DNA from: Octopus sinensis | Lineage: Eukaryota | DNA length: 64,000 nucleotides | NCBI RefSeq assembly: GCF_006345805.1 | Contig: NC_043010.1 | Span: forward strand, 26,846,001-26,910,000 | Direction of reading: 5' to 3' | Shown: piece by piece, positions 51,854 through 64,000 of the stretch | Layout of the letters: each line of letters starts with the position of its first letter | Numbering within the stretch: position 1 is the first letter of the stretch | The notes under the pieces: generated by a model | What the model saw: only the letters and a program-made list of their open reading frames with translations | Told to the model about the DNA's origin: nothing | The model's database searches: none | Translations under genes and position numbers: made by a program

Positions 51854-52452
51854 CACTCTCTCTCACTTTTACTCTTTTACTTGTTTCAGTCATTTGACTG
51901 CGGCCATTCTGGAGCACCGCCTTTAGTCGAGCAAATTGACCCCGGGACTTATTCTTTGTAAGTCCAGTACTTATTCTATCTGTCTCTTTTGCCGAACCGC
52001 TAAGTGACGGGGACGTAAACACACCAGCATCGGTTGTCAAGCAATGCTAGGGGGACAAACACAGACACACAAACACACACACATACACACATATATATAT
52101 ACATATATACAACAGACTTCTTTCAGTTTCCGTCTACCAAATCCACTCACAAGGCATTGGTCAGCCCGGGGCTATAGCAGAAGACACTTGCCCAAGATGC
52201 CACGCAGTGGGACTGAACCCGGAACCATGTGGTTGGTTAGCAAGCTACTTACCACACAATTATTGTTGTTTAACGTTCGTTTTCCATGCTAGCATGGGTT
52301 GGATGGTTTGACCGGGGTCTGGAAAGCCAGGAGGCTGCACTAGGTTCCAGTCTGATCTGGCAGTGTTTCTACAGCTGGATGGCCTTCCTAATGCCAACCA
52401 CTCCGTGAGTGTAGTGGGTGCTTTTTACGTGCCACTGGCACAGATGCCAGGG

Positions 52453-52453
52453 G

Positions 52454-52527
<74 letters not shown>

Positions 52528-52556
52528 CATATATATATATACATATATACATATAC

Positions 52557-52589
<33 letters not shown>

Positions 52590-52604
52590 CATATATACAT
52601 ATAC

Positions 52605-52637
<33 letters not shown>

Positions 52638-52666
52638 CATATATATATATACATATATATAGATAC

Positions 52667-52697
<31 letters not shown>

Positions 52698-52751
52698 ATA
52701 TATACATATACATATATATATACATATACATATATATATACATATATATAC

Positions 52752-52787
<36 letters not shown>

Positions 52788-52790
52788 CGT
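52453..52790. repeat. (TA)n/(TACATA)n microsatellite
   Basis: About 340 bp of alternating purine-pyrimidine sequence. Similar tracts lie at 58742-58900 and 59700-59890. Confidence 0.95.
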
Positions 52791-54791
52791 GTGTGTGTAT
52801 GTATGTATTTGTAGACATCATATGGATACCTACACACACGTACACACATGTGTATAATATCTGACTTATGCTGTTAATTGTTTTTTTGTGTTTTTTTCTT
52901 TTTGGACTTTCCCTCAGTATCTTGGTATGAGATTTGACTGAAATAAATAATGTTTCCATCCATTCCTTCCACCCACCCAACCAACCAACCAACCAGCCAA
53001 ACACTTTGCCACCATTGAATGGAGAGGAGAGGAGTGAAGTGGGATGGATGGGTGGTGAGAAATCATAGCACATTGTAGAATTTATGAGAGGTTTCAATAA
53101 TATCTGACTTTGAATAGATTTGGTCAGTCAGCTATGACTTGTATTGTTCATGTAATATCTGGATATTTATATTTGGTGGTGGTAGTGGTGGTGTTAATAG
53201 CGATGGTGGTGGTGATGGTGCTGGTCGTGTTGATGACGTGCTGGGGAGGGACATGTTGATGATGTGCTGGTGGTGGTGGTGGTGGTGGACGTGGTGATGG
53301 TAATAGTATTGGTGATGGTGATGGTGCTGGTCTTATTGATGATGCTGGGGAGGTGCAGTGGTGGTGGTGGTGATGGTAATAGCAATAGTGGTAGTGATAA
53401 TGGTAGTGGTATGATGAGGGTGATGGTGATGATGCTGGTCGTGTTGATGATGCTGGGGAGGTGTGGTGGTGGTGATGATGATGATGGTAGTGGTATGGTA
53501 ATGGTGAGGGTGCTTTGTAGAGGGAGTCACGGTGTAGGAGGTGGGGACCAATATATGTATGGTGTCCATGTTTATATTTGTGTCCTTGTAAAAGTGTATG
53601 AGTCTGTATGTCTATGAATGTATGTTTGTGTGAACATGTGTGCATGGGTTTGTCTATATATCTCATACACACACACAAGCACATATATATTTGTGTGTGT
53701 GTGTATATACATGCATTTCTGTGTATGCATGCATGTGTGTATGTGTGTCTGGTTTGTATGTCTATATATCCACTTCTATCAATATGTTTCTCATTATCTT
53801 TCTGTCTTCGTGTCTGTCAGTGTGTCTGTAATTATATACGTTGTAACTGGTGGCGTTGGTAGTGGCGGCGGTGGTGGTAGTTGTGTTGTTGTTGGTAGTG
53901 ATGGTGGTGTGGTTGCGTTGTTGTTGTTGTTGTTAATGGTGGTGGTTTGCCATCATTCAACAATGAAGATTCCATTGTTCAATCAACTGAATCTCCCAGT
54001 TCTGAATCGGATTATAAGTGGTAGTTGTGTTGTTCTTGTTGTTGTTGGTTCCTTTAAAATGAGTTCCTTTAAAATTAACTATCAAACAGAACCAGCAGGG
54101 CACAATGGTAACAAGGCTGTACCTTCTGAATGATAGCACATGGTTTATTCAGCAGGCTTCTGCACAGTTTCCAGTTACCCAATTCTACTCACAAGATATG
54201 GGATGACATGAGGCTATAGAAAATGACATTTGTTCAAGACACCTGTGAGATCGAACCTAGGAACTTGTGGCTGCAAAACAAATTTCTTAACCATTCAGCC
54301 AAACTGAGCCACACTCATGCACACACACAAAGTAACATAATGGGGCTTGGTTATTGTTTGGTTGGTGTCAGGAAGAGCATCCAGCTGTGAAATCCCTGCC
54401 AGAACAGACAGTAACCCAGGGTAGTTTTTCTACCTGGCCACTCCTGTCCAACTTCCTGCCCATGTATGCATGAAAGATGGATGTTAAACGATGATGATGG
54501 TGATGATGATTATGATGACATACATGTTTATATATGTATAAACTTCTAGTCATTTATTCTTTTACTTGTTTCAGTCATTTGACTGTGACCATGCTGGAGC
54601 ACTGCCATCATGGATTTTAGTTGAACAAATCAAACCTAGGACTTTAAAAAATATTTTTTAAGCCCGGTACTTATTCTATCAGACCCTTTTGCTGAACTGC
54701 TAAGCTATGGGAACATAAATACACCAACACCGGTTGTCAAGTGGTGATGGGGTGACAAACACAGACAAAAAGACACACACACATATATATA

Positions 54792-55674
54792 CAGAGTAAG
54801 GTGAATAAATTGTCATCTAAATTATACAAAAATGAAAATAACACTTGACATCTCATTTAACAGACATATTTACCAAAATTACATAAAAATATCTTGAAAT
54901 ACTAAAGAGTAAATTTATTCAATAAATTTGCCATTGGCTTCAACCACAGCCTCCAGATGACTTTGGAATCTCCTGCAACTCTTCTGGACAGTCTCCTTGT
55001 TTAAGTTGGTGAATACTGCCATAATCCTTGCCTTCAGTTCATCTTTGGTGTTACAAGGAGTTTTGTTGGTCTCTTGCTCAACTGCACCCTACACATAATA
55101 ATCAAGGGGATTGCAGTCTGGGGAGTTAGGTGGCCAGATGTTAGGGGTGATGTGGTCGCAAAAATTGCCTGACAGCCATCACTGGGTTCTCCTGCTTGTC
55201 TGGCATGGGGCAGAGTCCTGTTGCCAGACATAAAGTCTTCCAGCAGGCACCCTCTTGACCCAGGGCAACACTACTTCCTGCAGGCACATGATGTAAGCCT
55301 CTGTGTTGAGTCTGAAGCTGTGTGGGAAGATGAATAGATACAAAACGTTGTTATCACTAGTGATCACTCAAAACTTCATGATGTTGACTGGATGTTTGAT
55401 TTTTATCACTCTCAACACATGTCCTCAGATTGCACTGTCCTCAGGTTGACACCCAAACACTCTGAAATGTTCGTATTGAAGCTTCCAGCATGAATCCCAG
55501 GCAGTACAGCATGTTATTTCCAAATTTCTGGCAGAGAGAATTGCAACATGGTGGTGTTTTTCTCACAGACAGTGCCCAACTGACCCTACTATACTGAATA
55601 GTCAACAAAATAAAAAAATGCACATGGATGAAATTAAAAATATAAAATGGTGACAATTTATCCATCACACCCTG
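54792..55674 (-). mobile_element. Non-autonomous Tc1/mariner element with TIRs and TA TSD
   Basis: TA|CAGAGTAAGGTGAATAAATTGTC ... GACAATTTATCCATCACACCCTG|TA. Internal WQQDSAPC and WPPNSPD-type remnants. Confidence 0.85.
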
Positions 55675-56044
55675 TATCCATTTATATTTCCTGAGCGCCA
55701 TACTAATACAATTGTTTGTTTGTATTCCACCTGCCTTCGTCTTTTGTTTATTTCTGTAAACCTGCCTTCGTCTTTTGTCTATTTTCATAAAGCTTCCCGT
55801 TATATATATATATATTTGTTTATTCTTTTATTTGTTTCAGTCATTCCATTGCGGCCATGCTAGAGCACTGCCCTTTAGTCAAACAGATCGACTTCAGGAC
55901 TTATTCTTCGTAAGCCTAGTACTTATTCTATCAGTCTCTTTTACCGAACTGCTATGTTACAGGGACATAAACACACCAACATTAGTTGTCAAGTGATAGT
56001 GCAGGGGACAAACACAGATACACAAACATCTACATATATATATC

Positions 56045-56091
<47 letters not shown>

Positions 56092-56427
56092 TTGTGTGTG
56101 AGTGTATATGTATATATATATGACAGGCTTCTTTCAGTTTCCATCAACCAAATCCACTCACAAGGCTTTGGTTGGCCCGAGGCTATAGTAGAAGACACTT
56201 GCCCAAGGTACCACGCAGTGGGACAGAACCTGGAACCATGTGGCCGGTAGGCAAGCTACTTTATTTCAATAAATTTATCATGTAGGCATAATACAGACAA
56301 GGACAGACAAACATAGAATGGTGAAGTAGCTTAAAGCGTTGTTATGAATTGATTAAAAATGTGTGAAAGGTGAATAATTAAGAATAAAATAGAATAAAAT
56401 ACATTGTGTTATGCAATGTGACAGCAT

Positions 56428-57324
56428 TTGAGAAAGTGGGAAAAACCTCCTTGTCAAAACAAAACTCCGGAAGAAAACCAAAACTTTCAGATAGGGTCCA
56501 GAAGAAAGCCAAAACTTTCAGATAGGGACCATTGGAATCTTATGCGAATTGTTAGAAAGGATAACAAAAGTACAGCTCCTAAAATTACTGCAGAGCTTAA
56601 TGACCACCTCGAGAACCCAGTTTCCAAAAAATTTGTTCGCCAGGAGCAGCACAAAGCCAGATTTCTTGGGAGGACTGCAATCAGAAAACCACAAAGCGGT
56701 GGAAGAATGTTATTTTCTCAGAATAGTCATCCTTTACCTTATTTCCAACCACCAGCTAAGTATACATGTGGAGACAGCCAAAAGAATCATTTGACCCAAA
56801 CTGCCTTCTTCGATCTGTTAAACATAGCAGAGGATCTGTGATGATCTGGGGGGCTATATCTTAGAAATGGCAGAATTAATAGTCAAGACTATTTAAGCAT
56901 TTTATCTGATCAAATTCATCCTATGGTTGCGGAACTGTTTCTGGAGGGAAACGCAATCTTTCAGGAGGATAATGCACCAATTCACACAGCTGAAGTTGTT
57001 ACTGAATGGCACGAGGAACATTTTAGTGAAGTTGAACATCTTATTTGGTCACCACAGTCCCCAGATCTCAATATTATTGAACATTTATGATGCATTTTAG
57101 AAAATCAAGTAAGGAGTCGATATCCTCCACCATCATCACTACAAGAACTGGAGACTGCTTTAGCTGAAGAATGGACAAGAATTATTTTGGAAACAATTCA
57201 AACTTTGTACAAATTCATACCTCGTAGAAGTCGAGCTGTAATTACTGCTAAAAGTAGTCCTACTCCTTATTAAAATAAATTGTTTGAAATTTTAAGGTGT
57301 TTCCATTATTTTATCCAACCCCTG
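56428..57324 (+). mobile_element. Tc1-family transposon remnant
   Basis: Degenerate transposase: HTH-like LMRIVRKD..TAPKITAEL, VMIWGAIS, FQEDNAPIHTA, WSPQSPDLNIIEHL. TIR-like end ttatccaacccctg. Confidence 0.9.
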
Positions 57325-57541
57325 GCAGAGACGTTAGCACGCCGGGCGAAGTACTTTGCGGTATTTCGCCCGTTGCTACGTTCTGAGTTCGAATTCCGCC
57401 GAGGTCGACTTTGCCTTTCATCCTTTCGGAGTCGATAAATTAAGTACCAGTTACGCACTGGGGTCGATGTAATCGACTTAACCCGTTTGTCTGTCCTTGT
57501 TTGTCCCCTCTATGTTTAGCCCCTTGTGGGTAATAAAGAAA
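57325..57541 (+). mobile_element. tRNA-derived SINE family S2 with CCCCTTGTGGGTAATAAAGAAA tail
   Basis: GGCAGAGACGTTAGCAC..GAGTTCGAATTCC..GCCTTTCATCCTTTCGG. Related S2 copies, mostly with a different tail, lie at about 2903, 4564, 12283, 26530 and 43612 (+) and 10840-11040 (-). Confidence 0.85.
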
Positions 57542-57593
<52 letters not shown>

Positions 57594-57645
57594 ATGTATT
57601 TATAAATATATATATATATATTGTATGTATGTATAAATATATAAC

Positions 57646-58308
57646 AAAGACCTTTGTTATAATTATATAAACTTTTACTGAATATGGTCCTTTTCCATAC
57701 CGAAACACTACTTGGTGAAATTTGTTGATTTTATTGAATTAATTATATTTCACCCTTTATCTATATTGATTATTTTACTCCCCTATGATAGAACTACGAC
57801 TTTTATTTTCGGCAGTACTATTTGTAACTCACGTGTGAAAAAATTCTGGAGGGAAATATGAATTCACTTGTCTATATAAATGTGGATTTGCTGATTAGCT
57901 TCTGTATGCCCCGATGTCGCCTGGTCGGAAATATGGAGGGTAATATTTCCTAGCATTTCTAGATTTATGTACTGGAATATTATGTTGATAAAGGAAATGA
58001 ATTTTTGATTCTAATCCAGAAACGTACGTCTGTAATTGACCGTGGACTGTTTGATTTCGTTATTTTTCTTCTTTTTTTGCCACATAGTGAGTTGCAAGTA
58101 CTGTTGTCTGTGGAGACATATTTTTGTAGTAAAAAAAATAACAGTCCTCTGGCTGCTATTTCTAATACTTTCGGTATGTGGTCTAGCAACTTGTTGCAAA
58201 GACCCTCTTTGTTATAAATATATAAACTTTTACCGAATATGGTCCTTTTCCGTACCGAAACACTACTTGGTGAAATTTGTTGATTTTATTAAATTAATTA
58301 TATTTCAC
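57646..58308. repeat. Pair of ~110-bp direct repeats flanking ~445 bp
   Basis: 57646-57753 and 58198-58308 share aaagacc...gaatatggtccttttcc(a/g)taccgaaacactacttggtgaaatttg...tttcac. Confidence 0.9.
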
Positions 58309-58344
58309 TCTTAATCTGTATTGATATATATATATATATATATA

Positions 58345-58884
<540 letters not shown>

Positions 58885-58900
58885 CGTATATATATATATA

Positions 58901-59310
58901 GGCGTAGGAGTGGCTGTGTGGTAAGTAGCTTGCTTACCGACCCCATGGTTCAGGGTTCAGTCCCACTACGTGGCACCTTAGGCAAGTGTCTTCTGCTATA
59001 GCCCCGGGCCGACCAAAGCCTTGTGAGTGGATTTGGTAGACGGAAACTGAAAGAAGCCTGTCGTATATATGTATATATATATGTATGTGTGTGTATGTGT
59101 TTGTGTGTCTGTGTTTGTCCCCCTAACATTGCTTGACAACCAATGCTGGTGTGTTTACATCCCCGTCACTTAGCGGTTCGGCAAAAGAGACTGATAGAAT
59201 AAGTACTGGGCTTACAAAGGATAAGTCCTGGGGTCGATTTGCTCGACTAAAGGCGGTGCTCCAGCATGGCCACAGTCAAATGACTGAAACAAGTAAAAGA
59301 TTAAAAAGAT
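58901..59310 (+). mobile_element. SINE family S1
   Basis: Full-length copy. Confidence 0.9.
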
Positions 59311-59346
<36 letters not shown>

Positions 59347-59792
59347 TGTATCGCTATTGGTCTATTTGTGTAATGTTAGTGACAATGCTGATGATGATGA
59401 TGCTGTTGGTGGTATTGGAGTTGGCAGTTGTTTTTATTGCTGGTGCAGAAATTGTGGTTCTTCTGGTTTTCATTGGCATTGGCAGTAATGTGTGTATGTG
59501 GTGGTGGTAGTGGTGGGGGTGAGAAGTGAGAAATAGATGTGTGTCAACAGTCACACAATCACATGCATGCACACACACACACATAGTAACATAATGTGGC
59601 ATGGTCATTGTTTGGTCTGGTTCGGTCAATGGCCAGAGTGATGTTCTTTTACGCATACAACTGTAAACACATGTCTAAAGAGACATGCACACGCAGCATA
59701 TGTGTCTGTGTAGTATGTGTATACACACACACACACACATATATACATATATATATGTGCATATATACATGTATGTTTATATATACGCACAT

Positions 59793-59823
<31 letters not shown>

Positions 59824-61794
59824 TATATATATATACATACAATATATGTATATATGTGTATATATAGATATATACATATATATATGTATATGTGTGAGTT
59901 TGTATTTATCTGTATATATATACAGATTATTTGCCATTCTATATTTCTGGTTTTATTATTTATCAGTATGTTTGTATTGTATTTCCTTTTGGTGAAGTGA
60001 GAAAAAAAGAAAAAAAAAACACTCTTTTTCTAAGGGTTTCTGTCAATTCCAATTTAATTCCAGTTCTCCAGTTATGTTCTGTGTCTCAAGCAGAATTCTC
60101 GTGAGACCAATCAAAGATGAAACTAGCTTTTACCAGAATTGTTTTGGATGTTGACTAAATCTAGGTCTTCAGTTTTTCTCTCGCCTTCCAACTTGTCTAC
60201 ATTTTAAAATATGACAGTTTTTTTTCTTCACTTTTCTCAATTTTATAAATATTTAAAGTTTATAAAATAGCATCTTGTACAAATTTGTTTATTGTTCGAA
60301 CTGAAATGTACAGCTTACACATAATTTGTTTGTAAGTAACTCATTTTAATCTCATTATCGTCTCGTAAATTGAATTAAATACAAATATAATTGAAGGATT
60401 TGATGGAAGGAATATGGATATGATGGAAGAAAATATTCATACATTAGGGGAAATGTGAATAAGATTGGGATGGGATGAGAATATAAAGGGGTAAATGTGA
60501 ATATGGTGGGGGAAATGGGAGTATAATGGGGATAATGGGAATGTGATGGGAAGGAAATGGGGAATATAAGGGGTGGTGGGAGTATGGTGGAGGAAATGGG
60601 AATATAGGCACAGGTATGGCTGTGTTGTAAGCAGCTTGCTTCCCAACCACATGGTTGCAGGTTCAGTTTGTAGTTTGTATGGCATCCTAGGCAGGTTCCT
60701 CCTACTATAGTCTTGGGCTGACTAAAACCTTGTGAATGGATTTGTTAGATGGAAACTGAAAGAAGCCTGTCACGTATATGTGTCTGTTTCTTTGTGTCTG
60801 TGTTTATACCCCCACCATTGTTTGACAACTGCTGTTTGGTGTATTTACACCCCCCCCCCCAACATAAGAGTTCAGCAAAAGAGACCAATACGATAAGTAC
60901 CTGACTTAAAACAACAAAAAAACTAAGGATTGAGGTTGATTTAATCATCATCATCATCATCATCATCATCATTTAACTTCCATTGTCCATGCTGGCATGA
61001 GTTGGACGGTTTGTTCAACTAAGAATTCTTCAAGGCAGTGCCCCAGCATGGCCACAGTCTTATGACGGAATCGAGTATAAAAGATAAAAATAAAGATAAC
61101 AAGAGGAAGTATGAATATGATAGGAGAATATGGATGTACTAGAAGACCTTTGATGGGGTACTTCACCCTCTACTCTGGTAGCTCTTGAGGAAACGAGATG
61201 TTGATGACTGGTGAGCTGTGCAGGCCACATCTAGAGAACTCATCAGCTATTTGAGAGTTATGTATGAGTGAAAATAATAGAGGAGGGAGAGTAAAATGCA
61301 GCTACATGTTGTTTATTGGTTAGGAGGTTGAATAGAAAAATAGAGTGAAGTGCATGATGAAGGAAGAGGGAGTGATTAGGGAAGACTGAATAATAGACAA
61401 AGATGTAATGTGGGAGATAGTGCTTAGGTTAACAAAGAGTAACAGGAGAGGGAGTAATGTGAGAGAGAGAGAGGGTGAAGGTTGAAGATAAACAGTAAAA
61501 ATGATTCTTGACAAGAGAGTGAGAGAGAGAGAGATAGCATTTAACAGCCATTTTCCATGTTGGCATAGGCTGGATGGTTTGACAAAATTTACATCAAGCT
61601 CCAGTGTCCGCTTTAGCCTGGTTTCTATGACTGGACGCTCTTCCTAATGGCAACCACTTTGCAGGTGTGTACTGGGTGCTTTCTTTTATTTCCATGGTAC
61701 TGTCACTTGTGAAGCTGCCAGGTTACTCACAAGACAAGAAACAAACCTGTGACCGAGTGGGGTGTAACTGAGAGAGAGGTAACTTTATGCCAGG

Positions 61795-62165
61795 TGTTAG
61801 CAGGTTAAAGTATAATCACGGCACTCCATCAGTTATGATGACGAAGGTTCCGGTTGATCCGATCAACGGAACAGTCTGCTCGTGAGGTTAATGTGCAAGT
61901 GACTGAGCACTTCACAGACATGTGTACCCTTAACGTAGTTCTCGGGGGAGATTCAGCATGACACAGCATGACCCTTTGAAAAACAGGTACAACAGAAACA
62001 GAAAAAGTGAAAGAGTTGTGGTGAAAGAATACAGAAGGGTTCGCCACCACCTCCTGCTGGAGCCTTGTGGAGTTTAAGATGTTTTCACTCAATAGAGACT
62101 CACAACACCTGGTCTGGGAATTGAAACCACAATCCTACTGCGAGTCTGCTGCCCTAACCACCTCC
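61795..62165 (-). mobile_element. tRNA-headed SINE-like repeat (family S4)
   Basis: Minus-strand head gtggttagggcagcagactcgcag..ggtttcaattccc. Only one copy in the window, so the assignment rests on the head motif. Confidence 0.55.
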
Positions 62166-62196
62166 ATATGTTTGTATATGTGCATGAGTGTTTATG

Positions 62197-62234
<38 letters not shown>

Positions 62235-62780
62235 CCACCTGACTGGCTCCCATGCCAGTGGCATGTAAAAGACACCATTCAAGCAGGGTCGATACCAGTG
62301 TCACTTGACTGGTTCCGATGCCAGTGGAACATAAAAAGCACCATCCGAGCGTGGTTGATGCCAATGCTGCCTGCCTCGCCCCCATGCCGGTGGTGCACCC
62401 ACTACACTCTCGGAATGGTTGCTGTTAGGAAAGGTGTCCAGCTGGAGAAACCTTGCCAGATCAGATGAAAACTGAAAGAAGCCTGTCATATATATATACA
62501 TATACAAAATAAGAAAATAAGAAATGCTTACAATTGCAATGCAATTATTTCATTTATTGTATTATATGGGCGATGGTAAAATGTTTTACCTCAAATTCAT
62601 AATACAAAATAAGAAAATAGAGGAATAGATTCCTTTCAATCATCAACTTACAGATAATACCAATTCATATAATTTATTAACTTAATAAATAAGAATATCC
62701 AAATCCAACTGAATAAGACAGAATAAAACAATATACATCAATAAGTAAGATAATACCATAAAAATAATACATATAAAAGG

Positions 62781-62910
62781 AATCTTACAGCTGTTTCAGC
62801 CTGTAGATAAGGGTATCTCACTATGCTTATATTAGTCAGATGTATTGAGGTAATATGCAGTTAAAAATGAGTTACTTATATATATATATCTCAAGGCCTC
62901 GTCAGAGAAT
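62781..62910 (-). ncRNA. Hammerhead ribozyme motif with long stem II insert
   Basis: Minus strand: attct CTGACGA GGCCT ...~95 nt... AGGCT GAAA C-AGCT-G TA agatt. Palindromic loop III and GUA triplet. Confidence 0.6.
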
Positions 62911-63046
62911 ATAAAGTACAATTATGAAGATATAAAATGAAGATATAAAATGCAAATATAAATATGAAACAAAGTACACATGCACAAGAATATGTATATA
63001 TATATATATATATACATACATATATAAGTTTATATACACATACATA

Positions 63047-63406
63047 TACATATATATAAGTATATACATAATAATATACATACACATAAGGTTACAGTTA
63101 ATCAAATATATATACTGGAATATACATATATATCCACATCAAAGGGTACATATACAAAGTCCAAAGTTCATTGTATTACATTACTAAAACTATTAATATT
63201 ATTATTATTATTAAAAATATCAATAATGGAATATTTTTAATAATACTAATAATATTAATAGTTTTAGTAATGTAATACAATGAACTTTGGACTTTGTATG
63301 TGTACCCTTTGATGTGGATATATATGTATATTCCAGTATATATATTTGATTAACTGTAACCTTATGTGTATGTATATTATTATGTATATACTTATATATA
63401 TATGTA
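63047..63406. repeat. Near-perfect palindrome, arms about 175 bp, 10-nt loop
   Basis: 63047-63220 is the reverse complement of 63231-63406. Loop caataatgga. Confidence 0.95.
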
Positions 63407-64000
63407 CTAGCAGTATCGCCCGGCGTTGCTCGGGTTTGTAAGGGAAATAACTATATAAGCATTTTTAGTGAGTTATAGCAAAAAAATAGCAAAAAATGCA
63501 TTAAAAATGGAATAAAAAATTATGGTAATTTTTTTTTTTAAATCGTTGACTCATTGTAGACATTTTTAGAGAGTTACTTCCCTTATATAATAGCGAAAAA
63601 TGCATTAAAATGGAATAAAAAATGATGGTTTTTTTTTTTAATCGTTGACTCATCGTAGACATTTTTAGAGAGTTACTTCCCTTATATAATAGCGAAAAAT
63701 GTATTAAAATGGAATAAAAAATGATGGTAATTTTTTTTTTAATCGTTGACTCATCGTAGACATTTTTAGAGAGTTACTTCCCTTATATAATAGCGAAAAA
63801 TGCATTACAATAAAAAAAAATGATGGGAAATTATTTTTAAAATCGTAGACTCATCGTAGACGCACGCTAATACCCAGAAGGGCTCGATATGAATCACGAC
63901 TATGAGATACCCGGTTTTGGTTACACTGCACTGCAAAATGTGGGAGTAGTTAGGAATCTAAATCGTAGGAGACAGACACACAACCTTACTTTTATATATA
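63407..64000 (-). mobile_element. Non-autonomous Helitron (family C), runs off the window end
   Basis: Same termini as 58345-58740 on the minus strand, with an internal ~100-bp unit repeated (gagttacttc at 63571, 63670, 63771). Confidence 0.85.

Noticed and set aside
52363-53097. YIYI/IYIY-type ORFs throughout the window
   Set aside because: Products of (TA)n and (TG)n tracts.

Overview
AT-rich, repeat-dense eukaryotic DNA whose repeat families point to an octopus/cephalopod genome (inference). The only well-supported host coding sequence is three phase-compatible + strand exons (29397-29538, 32962-33056, 43858-43970) encoding the N-terminal part of a divergent CFAP99-like ciliary protein. 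Most of the rest is mobile DNA: tRNA-derived SINEs, RTE LINE 3' fragments, a Dong/R4 LINE, six Helitron-type elements, Tc1/mariner and piggyBac remnants, and microsatellites. Most interesting: (1) A small non-autonomous element joins a tRNA-like Pol III head, a (TAA)n linker and a Penelope-type minimal hammerhead ribozyme (HHR). It has partially inverted ends and 11-12 bp target-site duplications (TSDs). One copy has grown to about 6.2 kb through nested Helitron and Dong insertions. (2) Further HHR motifs occur, two sets tied to long inverted repeats. (3) A roughly 1.9 kb ORF1(gag)-only retroelement shares its 3' tail with a SINE and sits inside a Helitron. (4) Helitrons show swapped ends and internal tandem arrays. 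All alignments were done by eye and no database searches were run.
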